A stretch of DNA of 64,000 bases, from contig JANNXA010000045.1 of the NCBI GenBank assembly GCA_031409275.1, forward strand, positions 40,875-104,874. Reading direction: 5' to 3'. Numbering within the stretch: the first letter of the stretch is position 1; each line of letters opens with the position of its first letter. Below, piece by piece: positions 39,334-48,279 of this stretch. Made by a program: the position numbers and the translations under genes. The notes under the pieces were generated by a model. That model was not told the origin of the DNA. It was given only the letters and a program-made list of their open reading frames with translations, and made no database searches. The DNA comes from Planctomycetota bacterium. GTDB lineage: Bacteria > Planctomycetota > B15-G4 > SIAN01.

Positions 39334-40157
39334 GGCAGCTCCTCCGGGTCGCGGGCGCGCACGAAGCGCGGCGCACGCTTCTCGACGAACGCGCGGTTCG
39401 CCTCGGCGAAGTCGGCGTGGCCCATGCACAGCGCCTGTGCTTGCGCCTCCGCTTCGATGGCGCTCGCGAGGTCCATCGAAAGCTCGCGGTTCAGCATCTC
39501 CTTGGTCGTCTGCAACCCCATCTGCGGGCCGGCCGCAAGCTCGGCGGCCAGTTCCTGCGCGCGCGCCGTCAGGGCGTCGGCCGCAACGACCTCGTGGTAG
39601 AGCCCGATCTTCAGCGCCTCTTCGGCGGCGAGGAAGTGGCCGCGCATCAGCAGGCTGGTGGCGTGGCCGGTGCCCACGAGGCGCGGCAGCAGGAACGCCG
39701 CGCCCATGTCGGCTCCGGCGAGGCCGACCTTGGTGAAAAGGAAGGCGATCTTCGCCGTCGTTGCGGCGATCCGAAAATCAGCGGCGAGCGCCATCACCGC
39801 GCCGGCGCCGCAAGTCGTGCCGTTCAGCGCCGCGACGATCGGCGTACGCAGCTGCCGCATGTTCAGGATCAACTCGCCGGTGAGGCGCGTGAAGCGCAGC
39901 AGCTCCTCCGCCTTCATCGCCAACAGCGGCTGGATGATGTCGAGCGCGTCGCCGCCGGAGCAGAAGGCGCGACCGCTGCCGGTCAGCACGACGCAGCGGA
40001 CGGTCGCCCGCTGCTGCAGCGCGCGAAACGTGTCGGCGAGTTCGCGGTAGCTCGCGAAGGTCAACGCGTTCAACCGCTCGGGGCGGTCGAGGCGGATCGT
40101 GGCGACACCATTGGCGTCTTCGTCGTAGCGGAAGGTGTTCGGCTGCGGTCGGCTCAT
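39330..40157 (-). CDS. Enoyl-CoA hydratase/crotonase family protein
   Basis: RPERLNAL, AFCSGGD, GAGAVMALAADFR, ADMGAAFLLPRLVG. Confidence 0.92.
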   Translation of the reverse strand: MSRPQPNTFRYDEDANGVATIRLDRPERLNALTFASYRELADTFRALQQRATVRCVVLTGSGRAFCSGGDALDIIQPLLAMKAEELLRFTRLTGELILNMRQLRTPIVAALNGTTCGAGAVMALAADFRIAATTAKIAFLFTKVGLAGADMGAAFLLPRLVGTGHATSLLMRGHFLAAEEALKIGLYHEVVAADALTARAQELAAELAAGPQMGLQTTKEMLNRELSMDLASAIEAEAQAQALCMGHADFAEANRAFVEKRAPRFVRARDPEELP

Positions 40158-40167
40158 CGCGCCCGTT

Positions 40168-40614
40168 TTACGGTGCGCGACCCGGTGGCGGATCTGCAGG
40201 CAGCGCCGCCGTCGCCTCGATCTCGACTTTCGCGCCCGGTTCGAGCAGCCCTTTCACCTCGATCAGCGTCGCGGTCGGAAAGACCCGACCGAGCACCGCC
40301 CGATACGCGACGCCCACTTCGGTCAGCGCCCGGCGGTACTCCTCCTTGTCGGTCACGTAATAGGTGAGGCGCAGCAGGTGGTCGGGCGCCCCACCCGCCG
40401 CCGCGAGCACCGCCGCCACGTTCTTCAGCGCCTGGGCGAACTGGGCGGCGAAGTCGCTGCTCACCAACTGTTCGCGCTCATCCCAGCCGATCTGGCCGGC
40501 GATGGCGAGCAGGCGCGCGCCCGCGGGCGCGAGGCGACCGTTCGAGTAGCCCTTCGGTCGCGGCCAGCCCGGCGGATCGATCGAGGTCGGCAGGTCATCG
40601 CGGCGCGCGCTCAT
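40168..40614 (-). CDS. RidA/YjgF family protein
   Basis: PKGYS, IAGQIG, FPTATLIEV, KVEIEA. Confidence 0.9.
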   Translation of the reverse strand: MSARRDDLPTSIDPPGWPRPKGYSNGRLAPAGARLLAIAGQIGWDEREQLVSSDFAAQFAQALKNVAAVLAAAGGAPDHLLRLTYYVTDKEEYRRALTEVGVAYRAVLGRVFPTATLIEVKGLLEPGAKVEIEATAALPADPPPGRAP

Positions 40615-41408
40615 CCGGCGAGCTCTCCGCCATCGAGCGGCAGGGCGGCGCCGTTCATCGACGCGGCCCCTTCGTCGAACAGGAAGGCGATCGCGGCGGC
40701 AACCTCCTCCGGTTTGACGAGGCGGCGCTGCGGGACGCGCGCGAGGATCCGATCGAGCGCCTGGTCGGCCGACAAGCCGGTCTTGGCGGCGATGCGCCCG
40801 AGCGAGCGGCGCGTCATGTCGGTGTCGACGTAGCCGGGGCAGACGGCGTTGACCGTGATCCCCTTGCCGCCGTACTCGATCGCCGCGGCGCGCACCAATC
40901 CAAGGACCGCGTGCTTGCTGGCCGTGTAGGCGGCCACGTAGGAAGCGCCGGTCAGCGCGGCAATCGATGCCACCGCCACGACGCGGCCGAAGCCGCGCGC
41001 CACCATCTCGGGCAGCACGGCGCGCATGGGCCGGAAGACCCCCCAGAGGTTCACCGCCAGCGTGCGCTCGAGGAGTTCGTCGCTCGTCTTGTGCAGCGGC
41101 GCGCTCTCGGCGACGCCCGCTGAAAGGAGCAGCCCGTCGAGCGGACCGCAGAACTCGGCAGCGGCCTGCATCGCGGTGGCGACCGACGCCGCATCGGCGA
41201 CATCCATCTCGACCGCGCAGACGCGCAGCGGACCGTGTCCGGCGCCGGCGCGCTCGACATCGAGCTTGGCCGCGGCCAATGCGTCACCGTCGCGCGCCGC
41301 CAGGACGAGCGCGAGTTCGCGCCGAGGACCTGCGGCGAGGGCGCGGGCGGCCGCGAGTCCGATGCCGCGACTGCCGCCGGTGACCAGGATCGACCGCGCC
41401 GCGAGCAT
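40611..41408 (-). CDS. Short-chain dehydrogenase/reductase
   Basis: TGGSRGIG, YTASK, NAVCPGYVDT; RBS GGAGG. Confidence 0.92.
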   Translation of the reverse strand: MLAARSILVTGGSRGIGLAAARALAAGPRRELALVLAARDGDALAAAKLDVERAGAGHGPLRVCAVEMDVADAASVATAMQAAAEFCGPLDGLLLSAGVAESAPLHKTSDELLERTLAVNLWGVFRPMRAVLPEMVARGFGRVVAVASIAALTGASYVAAYTASKHAVLGLVRAAAIEYGGKGITVNAVCPGYVDTDMTRRSLGRIAAKTGLSADQALDRILARVPQRRLVKPEEVAAAIAFLFDEGAASMNGAALPLDGGELAG

Positions 41409-41430
41409 CGCGCATCCTCCGAAACGAACA

Positions 41431-41462
41431 CGGCCCGCAGGTGGAGAGCCACCTGCGGGCCG
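41431..41462 (-). terminator. Rho-independent terminator-like hairpin
   Basis: Perfect 14-bp stem CGGCCCGCAGGTGG/CCACCTGCGGGCCG with a 4-nt loop, followed on the minus strand by TGTTCGTTT. Confidence 0.7.
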
Positions 41463-41473
41463 CGCGACTTCGT

Positions 41474-42823
41474 TCAGTTGCCGAGCGCCTTGTCGAGGTT
41501 GGCGATCTTGATGGGAGTGTCGAGACGCTGCGCGAGCTCGTCGAGGTACTTCTGGAAGTCCTGAGCCGAGCGCAACCCGGCCGGCTCCTGATCCCACGCC
41601 GCCACCGAATAGAAGGTGAAGTTGCGGGAGATGCCGTCGAAGGCGACGCCGATGACGTCGCTTGGCTCTTTCACGAAGCCCGTTGCCGTGCGGCCATTGG
41701 CCAGCAGGCCGAGTCCGAGCGACCCGGTCGCCGTGCCGCCGACGTTGCTCGGGCCGAAGCTCGAGACGCGCATCCAGCTCTGCGCGCCGCTGGCCTGCTC
41801 TTTCTTCAGCCCATCCGCGTTCATCGCGAACGCCAGCCCATGGCCGCCGCGCGACACGTTCACGTCGTGGCGCAGCATGCGACCCCCGGCGTACTGCGTG
41901 ATCCTCCAGCGCAGGTCGAAGGAGTCGCGACCGAGCTTGGCGCCGAACAGCACCACTTCCGCCTCGAGCGCCGCCGGGCCGTTGCGCGTCATGCGGAACT
42001 GCGCCGAATCGAGACCGGTCAGCGGAACGATGGTGCCCTTCTCCGCGTAGCCGAACGCGCCGGCGCCGAAGCCGGTCACGTCGCCGAGCAGCGAACCGCC
42101 CCAGGTCTGGTTGCCGAGGTTCAGGTAGTCGGCCGTGAAGGCGGCGTTCTTCGGTGTCAGGACGAGGTCGCGCTCGCGCTTGCCGATCACGTCGAAGCAC
42201 ATGCGCGAGTCGAACAAGAGACGCCAGCCGTTGGTGTCGGTCTCGAAGACCGGCCCGTCGCACTGATAGAGGCCATCCCCCTTCGCGTGCTGCGAATCGA
42301 GCACCGAATTGGCGACCTCGACGTAGCGCCCTTCCGACTTGAGCGCGCCGCCTTCGCGCCGCGTGGTCTCGCGCACGTACAAGCCGCCCTCGACGCGCGG
42401 GCCCGACGCCTTCGAGAGGCGCGAGAACTGCGGCGAGGCGACGGCGAGGAAGCGCTTCTCGCCAGCTCGGAAGTCGCAGATGACCAGCAATGTGTCGGGC
42501 GTGCCGTCGTAGTTCTTGTCGATCACCTGCGCCGGAATCGTCGGCGCGGGATCGGTCGCGAGCAGCGCGTCGCCGCGCTCCGGATACCAGTTGGATGGAA
42601 GGACGTGGATCGAGAAGTCGCGCTCGTCGAACTTCTTGAATCGGGCGCGAACTTCGCTGAGCGGGATCTCGACCACTTCGCTGTCACGCACCATCGACAG
42701 CGTGTTGGTGAGCTGGATCGTCGTGTAGGACTCGCCAATCGACGATTCAGGCAACGAACACGCCGACGCGAGGGCCAACGACGCGATGCCGACAACCCGC
42801 CGCGACCCGACCTGCAAATTCAT
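41474..42823 (-). CDS. Lipoprotein, DUF4861-like
   Basis: Lipobox LASAC; DGPVFE...WR...FDVIGK, G.SLLG...FGAG resemble DUF4861; RBS GGAGG. Confidence 0.6.
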   Translation of the reverse strand: MNLQVGSRRVVGIASLALASACSLPESSIGESYTTIQLTNTLSMVRDSEVVEIPLSEVRARFKKFDERDFSIHVLPSNWYPERGDALLATDPAPTIPAQVIDKNYDGTPDTLLVICDFRAGEKRFLAVASPQFSRLSKASGPRVEGGLYVRETTRREGGALKSEGRYVEVANSVLDSQHAKGDGLYQCDGPVFETDTNGWRLLFDSRMCFDVIGKRERDLVLTPKNAAFTADYLNLGNQTWGGSLLGDVTGFGAGAFGYAEKGTIVPLTGLDSAQFRMTRNGPAALEAEVVLFGAKLGRDSFDLRWRITQYAGGRMLRHDVNVSRGGHGLAFAMNADGLKKEQASGAQSWMRVSSFGPSNVGGTATGSLGLGLLANGRTATGFVKEPSDVIGVAFDGISRNFTFYSVAAWDQEPAGLRSAQDFQKYLDELAQRLDTPIKIANLDKALGN

Positions 42824-43053
42824 CACGATCCCTCCCTCACTCTTCGATGCGAGCACGCGCCGATCCACCGTCACTCACGGTGGCCCCTCACGACGGAATG
42901 CGCCATTCATCCCGCGACCGCCAAGCGACGTGCTCGATCGCGCGACATTCGGCCCGATCGAAGGCGTTTCGTCAACGGGCGGCCTCGAGGCCCGGTGGTG
43001 CGTTCCCCACCGTCTCCCCGACTTGCCCACGCGATCGCGCGCCACTCGCTCGA

Positions 43054-43437
43054 TCAGCTGGTCGGTTCCGGAATCGCAGCCGGTCGGTTGCCGTGGTAGC
43101 CGAACACGCGGGTGTGGATGCCGCCGCGCACGAAGAAGTCCCCCTCGATCCGCATCCACTTCGGCGCCACCGCGGCGACGAGGTCATCGAGGATCTGCTG
43201 AGTCACCGCTTCGTGGAACGTCCCGACTTCGCGGAAGCTCCAGAGGTAGAGCTTGAGCGACTTGAGCTCGACGCACTTCTGGTCCGGCACGTAGCGCAGC
43301 TTGATCGTGCCGAAGTCGGGCTGCCCCGTCTTCGGGCAGACACAGGTGAACTCCGGGCAGTCGATCGCGATCAGGAAGTCGCGCCCGGGGCGCGGGGATG
43401 GAAAGGTCTCGAGGTCGCGGGACGGGCGGGTGGACAT
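43054..43437 (-). CDS. queF: 7-cyano-7-deazaguanine (preQ0) reductase, short type
   Basis: [31 protein letters not shown]. Confidence 0.95.
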   Translation of the reverse strand: MSTRPSRDLETFPSPRPGRDFLIAIDCPEFTCVCPKTGQPDFGTIKLRYVPDQKCVELKSLKLYLWSFREVGTFHEAVTQQILDDLVAAVAPKWMRIEGDFFVRGGIHTRVFGYHGNRPAAIPEPTS

Positions 43438-43495
43438 TCAAGGCGCTCCGAAGGGCGCAGCAGCGTAGCAGCCACCGTCGCCCGACGACCCCGAC

Positions 43496-46264
43496 TCAGC
43501 GCCCGCCGCCCTGCGCGCCGCCGCCCGCAGGCGCCACCCCACCCGGCGCTCCCGCTCCGGTCGGTTCGCCCCCGGCTCGGCGGCTGCCGCGTCCGCTTTC
43601 GACCCGTTGGCGCAGCTCCTGCAACTCCTTCTGAAGCGCCTCGATCGTCCGCGCCAGCTCCTCAACCGTTGGCGCCCCGGCGCGCCCGGTGGCCGGGGCC
43701 CCCGCCGGCGCGCTGGCCGCAACCGCAGCCGCTTTCGCTTCCTCGATCTGGCGCAGCGCGTTCCCGACCGCGAAACGGAGGAAGCGCGGACCGTCGCTCT
43801 TCTCGGCGAGCTTGCGCAGCAGCGGCTCCGCCTCGAGCGCCTTCAGATCCCCGAGGCTGCCGATCGCGGCGCGCTGCGCCTCCCCGCCGTTCTCCGCCAA
43901 CGGCAGCAGCAGCGCGATCGCTTCGTCGCGGCGCGAACCCAGCAGGCTCGCCGGGATCGCCCCAAGCGACTGCACGCCGAGCGTGCGCCGTGGCGCATCG
44001 GGCGCCGATCGGGCAAAGGCGAAGACCTCGTCGACCGCCATCGCGTCGGCCAACGCAAGGCGCGCGCGCAAAGCCGCGCCGCCGACGCGATCGTTGGGCG
44101 AAGCGAAGTCGGTCGCCGCGCGCAGCGCCACGAGGGCGGAGTCGCCGCCGATCTTCGAGAGCGCGTCGCACGCCGACGATTGCACCTGGTAGGAGAGGTC
44201 GCTGCGCAGCGTTTCGGCGACCCGTGCTCCGACCGCTTCACGGCCCTCTCCTAGTTCGGCGGCCAGCGTCCCGAGCCCGCTGATCGCAGCGCGCCGCACC
44301 CGCGACTCGCGATCGCCGACCAGGCGGAGCAACGCCGCGACCGAGGCCGGGCCACCCAGTTTGGCCAGACCGTTGGCGGCCGCGGAGCGCACGTCGCGCG
44401 CCTGCTCGCGCGCGAGCACTTCGATCAACGTCGTGCGCGCGAGCTCCTTCTCTTCGACCGCCGCGAGCTGCTCGACGGCGACGATCCGCGCCACCGCATC
44501 GCGGTCGCCGCCGGTCGCGATGAATGCGAGCTCGGCGGCGCTCTTCTTGAAGTCGACCTCCTTCAGCAGCGCGCTGCCCTGATCAAAGGCGACCATCTGC
44601 GGCGGCTCGGACGCGGGCAGGCGGAACTGCTGTTCACGTTTGTCGAGCCACATCGTGGTGCGCGTGCGCACCCCGCCGGCGACCACCTCGATGGGAACCG
44701 GCCAGCGGAAAACGGCGACCATGTTGGCCGCGTCCTGTGTCTGCTTGACGTCGAGCACGACCTCTTTCTTATCGGCGTCGTAGCTCTGGGTGATCGCCAG
44801 TTTCGGGTGGCCACCGAGGTAGACGAACTGCTCGAAGAGCCAGTGCAGGTTCTGTCCGGTCGCCTCTTCGATGGCGACCTCGAGGTCAAGGCTGTCGACC
44901 AGTTGACCGGCGTGCTTGGTGCAGTAGTGATGCATCGCACGCCACCAACCATCGTCACCGAGCAGGCCGCGGATCATGTGCAGCACCGAGGCGCCGCGCA
45001 CGTACTCGTTGTTGTGACCGTCCCCCTGATCGGCGCGGTTGAAGAAACTCTCGACCAGCGGGCGCGGGGTGCGATGGTCGGCGTTGATCGCCTGCTGCTG
45101 GTTGCCGCGCATCTGCAGCGCGAACGCATCGGCGCCGTTGACCTTCTCGTTGTAGAGGGCGTCGTAGTACTGCGCGAATCCCTCGTTCAGCCAGAGATGG
45201 CGCCAGGTGCGGCAGGTGAGGTAGTCGCCCCACCATTGATGGGCGAGTTCGTGCGCGACGAGTCCCTGGCTGTCGCGGTCGAGATGCTCGCGCTCGTCAT
45301 GCAGCGTCGAGTCGGTTTGCGTCGTCGCCGAGATGTTCTCCATGCCGCCGGCGATGAAGTTCTGCACGGCGACCTGGCTGTACTTCGGGTACGGGTAGGG
45401 CACGCCGATCTTGGTGGAGAAGAACTCGAGCATGTCGGGCGTCTGGCCGAAGCTGCGGCGCGCCTTGGCCTCGCCGACGCCGGCCTGCACGTAGTACTCG
45501 ACCGGGACGCCGCGCCAGTCGTCGGCGTAGCGCTCGTAGTGGCCGACGCACAGCGAGATGAGGTAGGTGGCGAACGGGAAGTCGAGGACGTAGCACCAGG
45601 TGGTGAAGCCGTCGCCCGCCGGCCGCCGCTCGACCTGCTTGCCGTTGCTGACCACCGTGAGGCCATCCTTCACCGTGAACTCGCCCTCGAACGCGGCGCG
45701 GTCACTGGGGTAGTCCCAGGTGGGGATCCAGTGGCGGTTGTCCTCGGCCTGCCCCTGGCTCCAGCACTCCGGCAGCAGCTTCGGCGACTCGGGAGTCGGC
45801 GCGATGAACCAGAGGCCGCGCTTGGGATTGCTGGCCGAGTAGCGGATCTCGACGGCGAGCGACTGGCCGGCCGGCACGGGAGCCAGCAGCGTCACCTCGA
45901 GGCGCCCTTTCTCGTGGCGGAACGGCACGGCCGCGCCATCCACCGTCACCGCTTCGATGGCAAGGTTCTCGGCATCGAACCACAGCGACTGGGTGCCGCC
46001 GCTCAACGCGGTGATGTGGTTCGTCACCGAGCCCGCGAAGCTCTTCTGTTCGAGGTCGACCTTCAAGCGCAGATGGACCTTCACGAGGTCGTAGACGCGA
46101 TTCGCCGTCCCGCGATCCTCGCGCATCGGACCGAAGTTCGGCTTGACCTCGACGGGCGCGGCTCCGCCCGGCCCCGCCTGCGCGAACAAAGGCCCCGCCA
46201 GCGCGAACAGGAACGGCAAGACGACCACCGATGGAAGGACGCGGCGCAGATTTCGCGACAACAT
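43496..46264 (-). CDS. M1 family aminopeptidase with HEAT repeats and C-terminal coiled coil
   Basis: Signal peptide; GGMEN, HELAHQWWG...WLNEGFA; HEAT-like repeats (VRSAAANGL, VRRAAISGL). Confidence 0.9.
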   Translation of the reverse strand: MLSRNLRRVLPSVVVLPFLFALAGPLFAQAGPGGAAPVEVKPNFGPMREDRGTANRVYDLVKVHLRLKVDLEQKSFAGSVTNHITALSGGTQSLWFDAENLAIEAVTVDGAAVPFRHEKGRLEVTLLAPVPAGQSLAVEIRYSASNPKRGLWFIAPTPESPKLLPECWSQGQAEDNRHWIPTWDYPSDRAAFEGEFTVKDGLTVVSNGKQVERRPAGDGFTTWCYVLDFPFATYLISLCVGHYERYADDWRGVPVEYYVQAGVGEAKARRSFGQTPDMLEFFSTKIGVPYPYPKYSQVAVQNFIAGGMENISATTQTDSTLHDEREHLDRDSQGLVAHELAHQWWGDYLTCRTWRHLWLNEGFAQYYDALYNEKVNGADAFALQMRGNQQQAINADHRTPRPLVESFFNRADQGDGHNNEYVRGASVLHMIRGLLGDDGWWRAMHHYCTKHAGQLVDSLDLEVAIEEATGQNLHWLFEQFVYLGGHPKLAITQSYDADKKEVVLDVKQTQDAANMVAVFRWPVPIEVVAGGVRTRTTMWLDKREQQFRLPASEPPQMVAFDQGSALLKEVDFKKSAAELAFIATGGDRDAVARIVAVEQLAAVEEKELARTTLIEVLAREQARDVRSAAANGLAKLGGPASVAALLRLVGDRESRVRRAAISGLGTLAAELGEGREAVGARVAETLRSDLSYQVQSSACDALSKIGGDSALVALRAATDFASPNDRVGGAALRARLALADAMAVDEVFAFARSAPDAPRRTLGVQSLGAIPASLLGSRRDEAIALLLPLAENGGEAQRAAIGSLGDLKALEAEPLLRKLAEKSDGPRFLRFAVGNALRQIEEAKAAAVAASAPAGAPATGRAGAPTVEELARTIEALQKELQELRQRVESGRGSRRAGGEPTGAGAPGGVAPAGGGAQGGGR

Positions 46265-46374
46265 CACTCTCTCCTCTTCGCTTCTTCCTGAATCAGGAGC
46301 GTCGCTTGTACCGGGGCATCGTTGCAACGCAACGGCGGGTCCGGGCGCTGCAGCGCAGCGGCTCTCGTTGCGAC

Positions 46375-47196
46375 TCAGTGGCCGCCGACCGCGGCTCGGT
46401 CGGGTGAAACGGTGAGTCCGGACGACGCGCGCAGCGTGACGGTGTAGACCTCGCCCGTGCGCAACTGGATCGACGGCGCCTCGCCGTGAGCCGCGCGAAT
46501 GCCCGCAGCGGCCGCGCGCTTCGCGTCGTTGGCGTACTCCCAGAACTCGTTCCAGACCGAGCGCTCGAGTTCGCCCATCGGCGAGTCGCCGCCATACGCC
46601 GCCGGCCGCTCGCCCATGCCGTCGAGCGCGACTCCGTCGCTCGGCGCCTGGTGCTCGCCGAAGAGTCGCCGAAACAGGACGAGCGAAGCGCCACGCAGTT
46701 CGTCGCCCCCCTCGACGAGGAAGTCGTCGAACTTCACCACCCACGCATCGACGTAGAGGATGCTCCCGGCGATGGTCGCTTCGGTGGCTTTCCCCACCGG
46801 ATTTCCGGCGGCGTCGACCTCCTCGAATCGCACGCGCGTTCGCATCACGCCGCCCGCGTCGGCCCGTTGATCAAGCACCACGATGCGGGCCACGCGCCGC
46901 TCGACCTTCTGCAACCGCAACGCGAGGCCGAGCCGTTCGAGTTCGACGCGCTGCTCCGCGATCTGCTGCTGCTGCGTGGCGACCTGCGCGTTCAGCGCGA
47001 CGTTCTGCCGCTCCGCCTGCTCCACGGCGCCGACGAGGCGGGTGATCTCGGCGCTGCGCTGCACGAGCTCTTGCGTGCGCCGCTCATCGCCATCGTGAAC
47101 GCGCCAACCAAGCCACACCGCGACTCCCGTGACGACGACGAATCCAAGCTTGGCCACGTTGCCAAGCAGCGCATTGGTCTGGCCGATCGTCGACAT
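46375..47196 (-). CDS. Hypothetical membrane-anchored coiled-coil protein
   Basis: N-terminal TM helix, Gln-rich coiled coil, and a globular C-terminus (YVDAWVVKF, LFRRLFGE). Confidence 0.65.
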   Translation of the reverse strand: MSTIGQTNALLGNVAKLGFVVVTGVAVWLGWRVHDGDERRTQELVQRSAEITRLVGAVEQAERQNVALNAQVATQQQQIAEQRVELERLGLALRLQKVERRVARIVVLDQRADAGGVMRTRVRFEEVDAAGNPVGKATEATIAGSILYVDAWVVKFDDFLVEGGDELRGASLVLFRRLFGEHQAPSDGVALDGMGERPAAYGGDSPMGELERSVWNEFWEYANDAKRAAAAGIRAAHGEAPSIQLRTGEVYTVTLRASSGLTVSPDRAAVGGH

Positions 47197-47342
47197 CGAC
47201 GTCACTCCCGCAAGCCGTCGCACTGAGTTCGAGGGTGGCGAGGATAGCCCGGCTTCCCGCACGATCGCGCGCCACGGCGATCGGTATGGTGCGGCGCGAC
47301 CGCGCTTCCATTTCGACGCGCTGGCGCAATCGAGGTCCAACG

Positions 47343-47804
47343 ATGCTGAAACCGGGCGACGTGGCACCTGACTTCAAGGTCAAGAACCACCATGGCAAAG
47401 AGGTCACGCTGAAAAGCCTGGCCGGCAAGAACGTCGTGTTGTGGTTCTATCCCAAGGCCGACACCCCTGGCTGAACCAAGGAGGGCTGCGGGTTCCGTGA
47501 TCGAATCCGCGACTTCGCCAAGCTCGACACCGTGGTCCTCGGCGCGAGCTACGACAGCGTCGACGACAACCGCAAGTTCGCCGAGAAGTTCGAGTTTCCT
47601 TTCGACCTGCTCTGCGACACCGACAAGAGTCTCGCCAAGGCGTACGGCGCGTACGACGCGAGCGCCGACGGTTACCCGCGCCGGGCCGCGTTCGTCATCG
47701 GCAAGGACGGCAAGATCGCGCACGCATGGGAAAAGGTGAAGGCCGCCGACTTCCCGAGCGAAGTGCAGGCGCTGCTGTCGGCGCCGCCACCGAAGCGACC
47801 CTGA
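47343..47804 (+). CDS. bcp: Peroxiredoxin (BCP/PrxQ type), probable selenoprotein with Sec at TGA 47472-47474
   Basis: One continuous frame: MLKPGDVAPDF...FYPKADTPG[TGA]TKEGCGFRD...VLGAS.D...F.FDLLCD...RAAFVIG. The TGA sits exactly at the peroxidatic Cys of TPGCT. Confidence 0.85.
47488..47510 (+). promoter_or_regulatory. Candidate bacterial SECIS hairpin
   Basis: GCGGGTTC-CGTGATC-GAATCCGC, an 8-bp stem with one G-U pair, separated from the UGA by 13 nt. Confidence 0.55.
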
Positions 47805-47871
47805 CGGGTCGGAGCGTCGCGCGTAGTCCGCGAGAGTTCGCGACGCTCGACCCACTCGCACGGAGGAAACC

Positions 47872-48222
47872 GTGGATCCGGAACGCGTCTTCAAGATGGC
47901 CTTCGCGAAGGTGTACCCCCTCTACATCAAGAAGGCGGAGAGGAAGGGGCGAACGAAGAAGGAAGTGGACGAGGTGATCTGCTGGCTGACGGGCCGCGAC
48001 TCGCGACAGCTGGCGGACGCGATCAAGAAGCAGGCCGACTTCGAGACCTTCTTCGGCACGGCGCCGAAACTCCATCCCAACGCCGACAAGATCACCGGCA
48101 CCATCTGCGGCGTGCGCATCGAGGAGATCGAGGACCCGCTGATGCAGAACATCCGCCGCCTCGACAGGCTCGTCGACGAACTGGCCAAGGGGCGACCGAT
48201 GGAGAAGATCCTGCGGGCGTAG
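47872..48222 (+). CDS. DUF2200 family protein
   Basis: FAKVYPLY..KAERKGRT, WLTG, ITGTICGVRIE, VDELAKG; RBS GGAGG. Confidence 0.88.
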   Translation: MDPERVFKMAFAKVYPLYIKKAERKGRTKKEVDEVICWLTGRDSRQLADAIKKQADFETFFGTAPKLHPNADKITGTICGVRIEEIEDPLMQNIRRLDRLVDELAKGRPMEKILRA

Positions 48223-48279
48223 GGCGTTGCCGCGTGGCAGCGCGCTGGCGTGCGCCCCCACCGCGCGTGCCGCTTCCGC

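Noticed and set aside
47806..47853. Strong hairpin 3' of the peroxiredoxin as an archaeal/eukaryote-style 3'-UTR SECIS
   Set aside because: A bacterial-type candidate already lies next to the UGA; this hairpin is more simply an intergenic stabiliser or terminator.
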